This document shows positions 25,077 to 39,169 of a stretch of 64,000 nucleotides of DNA, one piece after another. Location: positions 64,976,001 to 65,040,000 of the forward strand of contig OZ024742.1 in assembly GCA_964016885.1 (NCBI GenBank), given 5' to 3'. The position numbers were made by a program, and so were the translations under genes. Source of the stretch: Eledone cirrhosa. Lineage: Eukaryota. Each line of letters begins with the position of its first letter. Positions within the stretch are counted from its first letter, which is position 1. The notes below the pieces were generated by a model. That model had not been told where the DNA came from. It saw nothing but the letters and a program-made list of their open reading frames with translations, and did not search any database.

Positions 25077-26165
25077 TACAACCCCTAGAGGCGAACTAGC
25101 CTACAAATTTAGAAGGGCCCTAAAGAAACATAATCTCAATATTAAGATAGTAGAAAGACCTGGTACCTCCGTAAAAACACTTATTAGCAAGACATACCCG
25201 TTCCAAAGACCCTCATGTATAGATAAGAAATGTATAACCTGTAAAATAAGCCCCCATATTAACTGTAAAACTAGAAATGTAGTATATAGCATAAGATGTA
25301 CTGAAGGACAATGTAGAAACAAAAATGTAGTGTACATAGGTGAGACAGCTCGTAGTATAGGGGAACGAATAAATGAACACTGGCGAGACCTCCAAGATAA
25401 TAAAGAATCATCTGTGCTCTACCAACATGCTAAGATAGAACACAGGGGTAAATTAGAGAGCATAGAAATAAAAATAGAATCCACACACAAGAAAGACGCA
25501 ATGTTTAGGCAAATTACAGAGGCAGTAAGCATAAAAGAATTAAAACCAAAATTAAATAGAAAATATGAGTGGAACAGCAACATCACAACTTACAATTAAG
25601 GACAAAATGAAAACACACACACACATAGAACAAACAACTTACAATTGAAAACACACACAAAATGAAAACACACACAAGACAAAATGAAAACACACACACA
25701 CATAGAACAAACAACCAACCAACAATAAATAAATAAATAAACAAACAAATAGAAAAATATAAATAGAAAAATAGAAAAATGAACACAAACACACACAGAC
25801 ACCCGGATGTGGCGCATGCGCAAACTGAGCACGCAACCCACACACAAACAAAATGGCGTAGGATAGAAGAAAGGAAAGGCACAGAAACGAAGAAAGAAAT
25901 CCCCAGTCACTGAAGAGGTCACAGAGTGTGTGACGAAAGAACTATGACTATATATATATAAACAACTATCTGGTTGTGGAACCAACCAACCAACCAGAAA
26001 TTTATGAATTTATAAATTTATAAATATTTAATAAATTAAATTGAAGTGAAAGCAACTGGTGCGTGTGTTTCTTATTGGCAACATGACCCTCCCAAAGTAT
26101 AACAATATCGGTTTCAACACACGATTTCAGATAAAGAATCTTGCTAAACAAATTCAGAAACGACA
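25066..26165 (+). mobile_element. Penelope-like element 3' portion (right arm); GIY-YIG ORF 25066..25599, pLTR and short ORF-start extension
   Basis: Same protein as the left arm. Hammerhead at 25905-25949. ATG at 26083 ([27 protein letters not shown]). Confidence 0.9.
25905..25949 (+). ncRNA. Hammerhead ribozyme motif (right arm)
   Basis: agtca-CTGAAGA-g-GTCACA-gagtg-TGTGAC-GAAAG-aa-CTA-tgact. Confidence 0.7.
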
Positions 26166-26214
26166 TATATATATACATATATATATATATACATATACAT
26201 ATATATATATATAT

Positions 26215-26368
<154 letters not shown>

Positions 26369-26373
26369 GTATG

Positions 26374-26408
<35 letters not shown>

Positions 26409-26452
26409 GTATATATGTATGTATATATGTATGTATATATATATGTATGTAT

Positions 26453-28535
26453 ATATCGACCCAATAGAGGGACCAGCAGTGTTAGTCGAGGGGAGTATAA
26501 TAAGTAAGGCAATCAAGGATATGAAGACGGGTAAGGCGGCTGGGCCTTCGGAAATAGTTGCTGAGATGCTGAAGGCATCTGGCACGGTGGGACACACCAT
26601 GGTCACCCGCATAGTTAACCAAGTCGTACAGAATGGGGTTGTTCCGAAGGACTGGCATAGCAGCATCATCGTTAACTGTTATAAGGGTAAAGGAGACGCC
26701 CTAGATAGGAGTAACTATAGAGGCATTAAATTAATCGACCAGGTCATGAAGGTCACGGAAAAAGTAATAGCGCAACTAATCAGAGAGAGAATTGACCTAG
26801 ATGAAATGCAGTTCAGGTTTGTGTCAGGCAAAAGTACCACAGACGCTCTTTTCATAGTACGACAACTACAGGAGAAGTACCTAGCTAAAGGTAAACCCCT
26901 CTACTTAGCTTTTGTCGACTTGGAGAAAGCCTTCGACAGAGTCCCCCGCTCCATTATCTGGTGGGCTCTTAGAAAACTAGGCGTTGACGAATGGCTTGTG
27001 AGGGCTATACAAGCCATGTATAAAGAAACAGTCAGCAAGGTTAGAATTAACAACGAATATAGTGAAGAGTTTAGCGTAAAAGTTGGCGTCCATCAGGGCT
27101 CTGTTCTCAGCCCCCTACTATTTATTATTGCCCTTCAGGCTATAACAGAGGAGTTCAAGACAGGCTGCCCATGGGAACTCCTATACGCAGACGACCTGAC
27201 ACTCATAGCGGAATCAATGGCCGAGCTAGAGAAGAAATTCCAAACATGGAAGCACGGCCTAGAGTCAAAAGGACTTAAAATTAACCTGGCTAAGACCAAA
27301 GTACTAGTTTGTAGGAAAGAAAACAAGGCGGCGGTCCCTTCTGGGAAATGGTCGTGCTTGGTGTGTAGGAAAGGCGTAGGTAGAAACTCCATTTTATGTC
27401 CTAAATGTAAAGTATGGGTGCATAAAAGATGTAGTGGGATCACAGGTAAGCTAACTAAGAACATAGATTTTACATGTGGCCGGTGTTCTGGTGCAATAAG
27501 TAGCAGCAAGTGCCCACAAAATACTAGCTCTTTCAATTGCGCAGAGGGTTCTATAGCAATAGTGGACAGCTTCCGTTACCTGGGCGATAAAATCAGCAGT
27601 GGGGGAGGGTGCTCTGAAAGTACTGTAGCTAGAGTCAGAACTGGTTGGAAAAAGTTCAGAGAGCTTATACCACTATTAGCTGCTAAAGGGTTCTCCCTAA
27701 AAATGAAAGGCAGGTTGTACGATGCCTGCATACGAACAGCAATGCTGCATGGCAGTGAGACCTGGGCATTGTGTGCAGAGGATATACGCAGACTAGAGAG
27801 GAACGAAGCTTGCATGCTCCGCTGGATGTGTAACAGTAATATACGTGAACGGCAAAGCATAAACGAACTAAGGAAAAAATTAGAGATAAGAGGGATCAGA
27901 TGTTGTTTACTCGAGAGAAGGCTACGTTGGTATGGACACGTGATGCGCATGAAAGTCGATAGCTGTATAACAATGTGCAGGGCAATAAAGATAGACGGTA
28001 GTCACGGAATAGGCAGACCTAGAAAAACCTGGGACGAGCTGATAAACTCCGACATCACACACTTACACCTCTCCAAGACAATGTCACTGGACCGAGACCT
28101 TTGGCGGTACTCAGTAACAGAGAAGACCCGCCTTACCTAAATATATAGTAAAACCTACTCCAGCCAGTAGGCATCTCTAACAAAATACACCCCGTCCCAC
28201 CACCACCACCACCACCCCATCCACACCACCCCGTTCTATGTAAAGTTATGTTGGTGCCGCGCCATCGAGGCCAAAACAAATGAGATCGTGTAGGTGTCAC
28301 GACAAAAAAACACACAGTCCACGCTGTAATGTGGCCGTGTAGGCAACACGGTAAAAACCTCCCAGACCCACACTGTAAATGTGGTTGGTGTTAGGAAGGG
28401 CATCCAACTGTAGAAAACCTGCCAGACAGTCCTATTCGAGCAAGACAATCACTCTTGCCTCAAGTGGGACTACCCCCGTCCAAACCCATGCAAGCGTGGA
28501 ACACGGACGTTAAACGTTGATGATGATGATGATGA
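26453..28535 (+). mobile_element. RTE LINE family A, 5'-truncated, open RT
   Basis: Uninterrupted from IDPIEGPAV to KTRLT* (28140). Almost identical to 46441-48527; (GAT)n tail. Confidence 0.95.
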
Positions 28536-29099
<564 letters not shown>

Positions 29100-29510
29100 T
29101 GGGAGAGATGACCCCTTAGCCTTTGTCAAGGCAGAATTCTAGGAGAAGGAAAACTCTGATATAACACCTGCAACCCTGATGGTATCCAATGATGTTGACT
29201 TGGTCTTCTTTTTGGTAAATATCATCTTGGTTAAGAGAGTGGGACTGGCTTTGTGCAGTGCCTTTGCTCACTATAAAAGCTTCACGGCACAGGCATTGCT
29301 TTATATCTGGAGATCTCTCTGCACTTGTCATCACATGGTACTATGGGCCCAGCTCTATGTGTCAATAATTGTCAAAAGTATAGTGTTTGTACTAGAGTTT
29401 TCAAGTCGCTGGCTGGACTAAGAAGTCACACTTGTTCAGCGCATCGGTACGGGTTCTCCTACATGGATATAAAGTAGTGGCCGTACTCGAAAACGAGTTG
29501 GCAGCCACCA
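29100..29510 (+). mobile_element. Short non-autonomous RTE derivative (5'UTR-like head plus 3' end)
   Basis: Head GGCAGAATTCTAGGAGAAGGAAAACTCTGAT resembles the motif at ~1716. End GTACTCGAAAACGAGTTGGCAGCCACC resembles 21888-21914. Confidence 0.5.
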
Positions 29511-29524
29511 TATGTATATATATA

Positions 29525-29680
29525 TCTATCTATCTATCTAAGGCCGGTAACATTCCCGAGATCCATGGACGAGTTCTCTCCAGCGGTCTCTGTCCCTCAT
29601 TATCACTGCCATGTCCTGTGTCTCCAACAGACCAGTGTCTGTCCTTAGGGCATCAACATACGTTAACCTTGGTCTTCCTC
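29525..29680 (-). mobile_element. RTE-like family D 3' stub
   Basis: Matches 16830-16980 and 35278-35425. Confidence 0.85.
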
Positions 29681-29687
29681 TATAAAG

Positions 29688-30538
<851 letters not shown>

Positions 30539-31029
30539 AATTTAAGAAGGTAGTGTAATGGGTGAATTCTTTACAACGAGGTTACCTTATTTATTTACGT
30601 AACTGCTTGGCTTTTTGACAAACATCATCAAATTTGGAGTTAGCAGTGATACATTGTGGTGGCGACGGTGGTTAATATTGTTGTGCTTGTGGCGGTGGTG
30701 ATGGTGGTTATTGTTTTGGCGGTGGCCATGGGGATGTTGATTATTGTTCTAATTGTTGGGTGCTTATTTTACTGACTGAGGCGTGGTAGTAGTCAGTAGT
30801 AATGTTTGTTGTGTTGTGCCAAAATAGTGGTGATGGGTAGAGGTTGTTAGTGAAGGGTGGTAACGTTTGTTGTGAGGTTTGCGAGACAAAAATATAGTTT
30901 TCAAATAATGAAAATATTTTGTACAGTGCTCAGGTGCACTACAACTCATCAAAAGTTTATGTATAGTACATAGGGTAATGTACAAACGTCAGGAAAATGA
31001 ACAGTGCATGAGTCATGATATACACATGT

Positions 31030-31858
31030 ATTGGCCGCTAAAGTGTTCTCTCTAAAAATGAAAGGCAGGCTGTATGATGCCTGCATACGAACAATGGCAG
31101 TGAGACCTGGGCATTGTGTGCAGAGGATATACGCAGACTGGAGAGGAACGAAGCTTGCATGCTCCGCTGGATGTGTAATAGTAATATACGTGAACGGCAA
31201 AGCATAAACAAACTAAGGGAGAAATTAGGAATAAGAAGGATCAGATGTTATTTACTCGAGAGAAGGCTACGTTGGTATGGTCATGTGATGCGCATGAAAG
31301 ACGACAGCTGTATAAAAAAGTGCAGGGCAATAAAAATAGACAGTAGCCACGGAGTAGGCAGACCCAGTAAAACATGGGACGACTTGATAAATTCCGACCT
31401 CACACACTTCCACCTCTCCAAGACAATGTCACTGGACCGAGATCTTTGGCGCTACACAGTAATACAGAAGACCCGCCTTGCCTAAATAGTAAGCGAAACC
31501 TAGTCAGTAGGCACCTCTAACCCCCCCCCCCCGTCCAACTACCACCATCCCATCCACACCACTCCTTTCAATGTAAAGTTATGTTGGTACCACAACACCC
31601 AGTCCAAAACAAATGAGGTTGTGTAGGTGTCACGACAAAAATCAGTCCACGCTGTAATGTGGCCGTGTAGGTAACACGGTAAAAACCTCCCAGTCCACAC
31701 TGTAAATGTGGTTGGTGTTAGGAAGGGCATCCAGCCGTAGAAAACCCGCCAGACAGTCCTATACGAGCAAGACAACCAATCTTGACTCAAGTGGGAAAAT
31801 TCCCGTCCAAACCCATGCTAGCGTGGAAGATGGACGTTAAACGATGATGATGATGATG
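31030..31858 (+). mobile_element. RTE family A-related 3' fragment
   Basis: ORF 31114..31485, 3'UTR and (GAT)n tail. Confidence 0.9.
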
Positions 31859-31859
31859 T

Positions 31860-32807
31860 GTATGTGTAAGGAAGGGGGACATCAGGTGTAGTTTTTGCGA
31901 ATTTCGGGAAGCATGAGGGTTTTAAAGGATGCAGTGTCTCGGCAGCTAACAACTGACGCAGGCAGTTGTTCCATGCTTCAGCAACTCTAAGCGTGAAAAA
32001 ATGTTTCCGAAAGTCATGGGAGCTGTGCTGTTTTCTGACTTTGTAGGCATGTCCACGTGTGTTAGACACATGGAGATTAAAAAGGTGCTCAGGTTGTTGT
32101 TGGTGAGATGGTTAATAACTTTGTGGGTGTTTACCAAGTCCATTGCCAGACGTTGGAGCTTCAATGTATCCATGCCCAGGGAAGCAAGGTGTTCAGAGTA
32201 TGGTAGGTGTCTGATGGAGGGTATGCGCTTGGTTGCACGTCTCTGAACAGTTTCCAGGAGGTCAATGTTCTGAGCAAGATAGGGGTTCCAGACTGATGAT
32301 GCGAATTCCAAGTGTGGTCGTACCATAGCTGTATACAGCTTTAAATAGATGGTTGGAGAGCGGTTAACAAAGGTCTTGCTGAGTGATGCCAAGACACCCC
32401 CGGCCTTCTTGACAATTTTAGAGATGTGCTTTGTCCAACACAAATCGCTGCTGACAGTAATGCCCAGGTCACATTCGCAAGAGGACTTCTTGATATCAGT
32501 GTTGTGGAGGGAGTATGTGGACGCTGGATTTTTCCTCCCAAAATGCATGGTGGTACACTTGTCCTCAGCCAGCTTCAGTTGCCAGTCTGTAATCCATTGC
32601 TGCATTGTGTCCAGGTCTGATTGTAGGAAAGAGTTATAGATTTCAGGATCTGTTCCTTTTAATTTCAAGGCACAGCTTGATGTCATCTGCATATTTCAGT
32701 ACTGTGGCATTCTTTAAGTTGGCATCTATGTCATTAATGTATGCAACAAACAAAAGGGGACCATGAACAGATCCCTGTTTTGTTTGTTGCATACATTAAT
32801 GACATAG
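31860..32807 (-). mobile_element. CR1-clade LINE 3' fragment
   Basis: LQSDLD..QQW..DWQL, VRPHLEFASSVWNPY, LETVQRRAT, TRGHAYKV...FFTLRV..AWN; frameshifted. Confidence 0.9.
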
Positions 32808-32809
32808 TA

Positions 32810-33110
32810 CAGTGGAACCTCGATTCATGAACTTAATTCATTCTTGAATGCCATTCGTCACCCGAAATTTTTGTAAACCAAAACTATTTTGGCCTATTCG
32901 AAATGTTGAGCGAAATACAAAGAACGACAGATAAATATAATTGTAGTAAATTTTAGTAACTAAATACGCACCTAATGACACTTTCCTGTCGATACTCCAA
33001 GCTGGTTGCCAACCGTTGTTGCCGACTTGCGTGTTCGTTACTTGAGACATCGTTCATGAACAGAGACGTTTTATGTTCAGAAAAATTGTTCGTGAACCGA
33101 GGTTTCATTG
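32810..33110. mobile_element. Tc1/pogo (Tigger-like) MITE
   Basis: TA|CAGTGGAACCTCGATTCATGAA ... TTCGTGAACCGAGGTTTCATTG|TA: imperfect TIRs with TA flanks. Confidence 0.75.
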
Positions 33111-33469
33111 TAGTTCTGATGGAACGCAGTGGTGGTGGTTATTGATGTTTATCCCCTAGTTAGTTCTGATCAAGCAGATCTATGATGAAAGAGGTTCCAG
33201 CTGGGACTATATCATCCAACATATCCTTGGTTTCATAAGGATTTGGCTGTTATGTTTAGGATTTCGATGGACTACATAAAGGCTCCTTCGTTTGTTCGTG
33301 GTTGTGGTAGCTATGGGGCAGATATGGTGAAGGAGGTTGTAAAGGAGAAATGTGATGAGGATTGTTGAGTGGTGGTTGTTTGCGTGTGTGTAGTATTGGA
33401 GATTGGTGGTGTTCAAAGTTAGTCGTGAATGTTGTAGAGAGTGCCTGTAAGGTTCTCATATACGCATCC

Positions 33470-33785
33470 AAGCCCATGCAAATTTGGTAATAGGCCCATG
33501 CCAGATGTAGACCCCCCAAAGCTTGCGATTGGCCTAAGCCAGATGTAAACTGTTGAGCCCCCCAAAGGTCCAGATCAGATTTAAACTGTAGAATACCAGT
33601 GCTGACAATAATCCCTGGCCAGATGTAGACTCCCCCAAATTTGGTAATAGGCCCAGACTGGATGTAGACCTCCAAATTTGGTAATAGGCCCAATGCCGGA
33701 TGTAGTCCCCCAAATTTGGTAATAGGGCCAGGCTGGATGTTAGCACCCAAATTTGGGTAGCAGGCTCAGGCCAGATATAAACTTG
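33470..33785. repeat. Degenerate ~37-bp minisatellite
   Basis: Recurrent CCAAATTTGGTAATAGGCCCA..C.GGATGTAG. Confidence 0.75.
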
Positions 33786-35000
33786 TAAAGTTGATAATAG
33801 GTTCATCTGTCCATGCAGGCCAAGTGTACCTTGGACAAGCTGTAGTATTTGAACTAAGAACATAAAGTGCAGGAACAGATACTGCTCTAAAAATTCAACT
33901 GATCCATTGCCCCTGAACTGGTAAATTATTTCTCAACTCTGAAAGGATAAAAGTTGACCATAGCAGGATTTAAATTCAGGGCACAGAGAGTCTGAACAAA
34001 TATTGTAAAGCATTTAATCCACCAGTCTAATCATCATCATCATCACTGTTTAATGTCCATTTTTCCATGCTAGCATGAGTTAGACGAGTTGTCTCGATGT
34101 GAGACACGTCAGACCAGATTACCTTGTGCTTATACAGAATTGTTTCTGGCTTGGTTTCTACAGCTGAATGCCCTTGCTAATGCCAACCACATTTACAGTG
34201 TGGACTGGGTCCATTTTATTGGAGCACCAAAACGACCACATTACAGTGTGGATTGGACACTTTATTGTCATGACATCAAGACGACCACTTTACAGTGTGG
34301 ACTGGGCGCTTTTTGCCTGCTAATTCACAACTGTTTTAATAATCAGTGATAAATATAATTTATGTATTGGTTACAGATGTTATTTATCTACAGGTAGTGT
34401 ACATGATGTACTTAGAAGCAACAAAATAGAATAAAAGGGCTCGAACTTGAGGTGAGTAGGCCCACTCCAAATTATAGACCTACCACCACTCCAGTTTAGC
34501 CTACTTACATTCTCAACACATCTATACTAGTGAAAATACTTGTACACACGCAAATACGCTTACTGCTTTGTATTCAGATCAACATGCTTAAGTTTGCATG
34601 GGAACCTATATGTGGTTGATTAACCTGCTAGAAATAGCAGCCAAATTTCCATCTAATCACACACTGCCATCTTAAAAAAGGAAGGGCACACAGAACAATA
34701 TAATCCTAGTCATACAAAGATTTGGGATAATCACTGGTGAAATGTCTTTTATTGTAGGTCTGTTCAATCACAGCTGACCTGAGACAAAGTAACAACATAC
34801 ACTCAACTATATATATTTGCACACATAACAAATGGTTATAAATAAATACAGAGATAAACCAGCTTTTGGTTTTACACATTTGTGTGCATTGCAAATTTTA
34901 TAGCTCACACTAATGTAGGTTTAGCTCGCCCCCTACAAGGTTACATCTCATAGGTGGTTTCTAGAGTCTTAATGAGAGGTACCCCAGTCCTGTCATAATC

Positions 35001-35250
35001 CTGCCGAGGTTAACTTTGCCTTTCATCCTTACGGGGTTGATAAAATAAAGTACCAGTAATGTACTGGGTAATTACTGGCAGTATCAGTAGAGGGTCGGAC
35101 ACCATGCTTTGACGCATAGAGTTACGGCCCTTGCCATTCTGAGTTCAATTCCCGCCGAGGTTAACTTTGCCTTTCATCCTTACGGGGTCGATAAAATAAA
35201 GTACCAGCAATGCACTGGGTAATTGCTGGCCTTCTGCCAAAAGTAGAAAC

Positions 35251-35255
<5 letters not shown>
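35001..35255 (+). mobile_element. SINE with Meta-domain-like core (partial tandem)
   Basis: GAGGTTAACTTTGCCTTTCATCCTTACGGGGTCGATAAAATAAAGTACCAG occurs twice, with B box GAGTTCAATTC. Related copies at 60317-60830. Confidence 0.7.
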
Positions 35256-35277
<22 letters not shown>

Positions 35278-35284
<7 letters not shown>

Positions 35285-35870
35285 AAGGCGGATAAAATTC
35301 CCGAGATCCATGGACGAGTTCTCTCCAGCGGTCTCTGTCCCTCATTATCGCTGCCATGTCCTGTATCTCCAACAGACCAGTGTCTGTCCTTAGGGCATCA
35401 ACATACGTTAACCTTGGTCTTCCTCTTCTAGTGTGTCCATGTAGGGGCTCCCAAAGGAGTACTGAGTGCAATGTCAACTCTGGATGTTGGTGAGCATGTC
35501 CAGCTAACCTCAGTCTCCTCTGTGTCACTTTTGAGCTGACTTTTGGGATGCTCCCATACAGCTCTGAGTTTTTCATCCTCAGTGTATACTGATTAATGTT
35601 CAGAGCCATCCTCAGCATTCTCGTGTAGCACCCATCCACCATCTGAGTGAGTTTCTTGGTCAGTGTCCAAGTCTCAGACCCATACAGCAGCACAGACTCC
35701 ACTACAGCAATGAAGAGGCGGATTTTCAGGTCTCTACGAAGGTCCGACTTCCACACCGATCTCAAGCTGTGGCACGCCGCCCAGGCCCTGCTCTTCCTTT
35801 CAACCACATCATCTTCCGTATTCCCAATCTTTCCTCCCAAATACAGGAAGTCCTCAACCAATTCCAGCGG
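35278..35870 (-). mobile_element. RTE-like family D 3' fragment
   Basis: ORF 35283..35861: DFLYLGG...LLYGSETWTLT...RLRLAGH. Confidence 0.9.
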
Positions 35871-35939
35871 CTATATATATATATATATATATATAGATAG
35901 ATAAATATACACGGGTGTGTATGATTGAGTATAGAAGAT

Positions 35940-36330
35940 TATATTAATAAAAGGAATTCCAACTTTGTCTGATTTACTCGTTTTATTTACAATCCTTTAA
36001 AATTTATAATGGTATTAGAATGAAATAGTATGGTAGAATATTAAATGTTAAGTGTTAATTGAACAAGTACTTTCATGCTTTCGCAATCTTCAGGTTCATA
36101 ATGTGTGGTGACAGTCAAGTTTGCAATTTTCAACTGTTGAAAATTGCAAACTTGACTGTCACCACACATTATGAACCTGAAGATTGCGAAAGCATGAAAG
36201 TACTTGTTCAATTAACACTTAACATTTAATATTCTACCATACTATTTCATTCTAATACCATTATAAATTTTAAAGGATTGTAAATAAAACGAGTAAATCA
36301 GACAAAGTTGGAATTCCTTTTATTAATATA
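35940..36330. repeat. Perfect 391-bp palindrome (195-bp arms, 1-nt centre at 36135) with a hammerhead-like motif in each arm
   Basis: Arms read as exact reverse complements. gaac-CTGAAGA-t-TGC-gaaa-GCA-t-GAAAG-ta-CTT-gttc at 36173-36209 (+) and 36061-36097 (-). Confidence 0.9.
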
Positions 36331-36349
36331 TATGTATATATATATATAT

Positions 36350-37644
36350 ATCATCATCATCATCATTTTACGTCCGCTTTTCCCTGCTTGCAAGGGTGGG
36401 ACGGGTCTTATTCAGCACAGCATCTCTCCACTTGTCACGGACCTTCGTCATCTCCACCGTGAGTTTCAGCGATCTGAGGTCTGTTCTCACCACCTCCGCC
36501 CATGTTTTTCGTGGTCTACCTCTACCACGTCTTCCTTCAACTGGCATTTCCTGGCACTTCTTCACCCATTGCTCATCCTCCATTCGCATCACATGTCCAT
36601 ACCACCTCAGTCTCCTCTCTCGCACACAACATTCTATCCCTCTCAGACACAGTTTCTCTCTCAACACATTTATGCTGGGTCGTTCACTACCCTGCAGCAT
36701 CGCGCTCCTCACACAGGCATCATATAACCGATCTTTCGTACGCAGGGAGAAACCCTTCTTCGTCAGGAGAGGAAGCAGCTCCCTAAACTTCTTCCAACCC
36801 GTTCTTATTCTAGATACTATGGCCTCGGAACCCCCCCCCCCTCCCATGGTAATCTGATCTCCTAGGTACCGGAAGCTATCCACCACTTCTATAGCACCCG
36901 CCTGCATTTGAAAAATGTGTCTATCAATGCGACTTCTACTGTCTAATTTCCCTGTACATCTACTGCATACGTATTTCTCCCTACCTGTTAGTTTGCCTGC
37001 TATCCCACTACATCTCTTGTGTACCCAGGATCTGCATTGTGTGCATTTTATAGAATTTATGCCAGTTCCTTTTCTGCATATCGAACATGGCCATTTCCTT
37101 GATGGAATCAGAGTTTTGTCTTCTTTTCTACTCATCAACACTTTTACTTTTGTCTTAGCTAGGTTCACTCTCAGTCCTCTTGTTTCCAACTGCTGTTTCC
37201 ATAGCCAGAATTTATTCTCTAGCTCCTCTACTGATTCTGCTATAAGAACCAGATCGTCAGCATAGAGAAGTTCCCATGGACAGCAAGTCTTAAACTCCTC
37301 TGTTATGGCTTGGAGGACTATAATGAACAAGAGCGGGCTGAGGACCGAACCTTGGTGTACTCCTACTTGTATCTGGAATTCCTCACTAAACTCCATTCCT
37401 ACCCTGACTTTACTGACAGTACCTCTGTACAAAGTTTGCACTGTCCTCACAAGCCATTCCTCAAAACCTAGTTTCCTTAGGGACCACCAGATGACAGATC
37501 GGGGTACCCTATCAAAGGCCTTCTCTAGGTCAACAAAGGCTAAGTATAGTGGCTTATTTTTCTCTAAGAACCTCTCTTGTAATTGTCTCACCAAGAAGAG
37601 GGCACCTGGTGTACTCTTCCCAGGCACAAAACCTAACTGCATCT

Positions 37645-37650
<6 letters not shown>
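36350..37650 (-). mobile_element. RTE LINE family B, 5'-truncated
   Basis: ORF 36368..37684 has RT motifs [21 protein letters not shown] and YADD; (GAT)n tail. Confidence 0.92.
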
Positions 37651-37685
<35 letters not shown>

Positions 37686-37689
37686 CATG

Positions 37690-38310
37690 CATGAGGTGGT
37701 ATCAGAAAGTTCCTGGACTAGCTCTGTAGCATGCCAACAGATGTGGTCACACACGGTTGCATGCACAGTGAGTGGGAGCAGTGATCTTCATGCGCCAGTG
37801 TGCTTTGTGACATTGCTGTGTTCACTTCACAAGCTGTGAAATCTGCCTTTGTGATCACATCTGTGCTGTAGCCTGCGATTTTGTCATGAACAGGAAGTTG
37901 GAACAAAGAGCCAATGTGCAGTTTTGTGTTCAACTTGGGAAGTCTGCTACTCAGACATTGAGCATGCTTTGGCAAGCTTATGGCAACAAGGAAATGGGTC
38001 ACACACAATGTTTTGAGTGGCACAGCGCTTCAAAAGTGGAAGAGTGCAATCAAGAGCATGCCCATCGTTTGTTTGACATCTGTGGTATTGTGCATTGAGA
38101 ATTTGTCAGTCAGGGCCAGACTGTCAAGTTCTACTGCAACATTTTGTGGTGTTTGAGGGAGGACATTCGGCGAAAGCGACCAGATCTGTTGAGCGCGAAG
38201 AATTGGATTCTTCGCAATGACAATGCACCCTGTCACCTTGTGACCAAGCTCTCCTCACTCATGTGTTTTTCACCCAAAACAACATTGTATCACTTCCATG
38301 ACAACCCACA
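37690..38310 (+). mobile_element. Internally deleted mariner transposon remnant
   Basis: EQRANVQFCVQLGKSATQT...CFEWH; FDICGIVH*EFV..GQTV; IRRKRPDL...WILRNDNAPCH. Confidence 0.8.
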
Positions 38311-38354
38311 TAACTCATGCAAGGATGGAAAATAGATGTTAAATGGCAATGATC

Positions 38355-38392
<38 letters not shown>

Positions 38393-38395
<3 letters not shown>

Positions 38396-38680
38396 GGCGC
38401 ATGGCTTAGTGGTTAGAGCAGTAGGCTTGCAATCGAAAGGTTGTGAGTTCAATTCTCGGACTGGGTGATGTCTTGTTTCCTCGAGCAAGACACTTTATTT
38501 CACATTGCTCCAGTTTACTCAGCTGAAAATGAGTACCAGCAATAGCTGGAGGTTTAACCCTGCGATGGACTGCCGTCCTGTCCAGGGGGCAGTCTTGTAC
38601 TCTCAGTCGCTTCACGCCATGAAACCGGGTTAAGCACCGGCCAAATGAGCCTTCTGGCTTAAGACAGACTTTAGACTTAC
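38393..38680 (+). mobile_element. tRNA-derived CORE-like SINE, alternative 3' tail
   Basis: Same head and core as 15227; diverges after CAGCTG and ends in CAGACTTTAGACTT. Confidence 0.8.
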
Positions 38681-39026
38681 TGCCTGCCTGCCCAGCCAGT
38701 GGGAGGGCGTCATCGTATGGCTAAAACAGCACGATGTGCTGTGACCAGCGGTGCCGAATGGATGCCCAACAGACTGGTTGGTCAAGGTGATATATATAGG
38801 TAGATTCCCAATGTATACTGGGAGGTGACCACAATTAAAAAAAGTACTATGATTAAATAAATATGCCTTTCTCTACTAATATGTTAGTAGAGTAAGGCAT
38901 ATTTATTTTATCATAAAAATGACTACTACAGGACTAGAACTGTTTCATTCGTAAGAAATCATAAAGACTTTCCTGGTGATTTCTTATGAATGAAACAATT
39001 CTAATGCTATAGAAGTCATTTCTGTA

Positions 39027-39057
<31 letters not shown>

Positions 39058-39169
39058 TGCATATATTCAATTCAAGCCAGCGTGGAAGATGGACATAAAA
39101 CGGTGATGATGATGATGATACATACATATATTAATCTATCTATCTATCTCTATAGATACAATTTCTCCT

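Noticed and set aside
33256-33863. ORFs of 164 and 109 aa
   Set aside because: Derived from the ~37-bp minisatellite.
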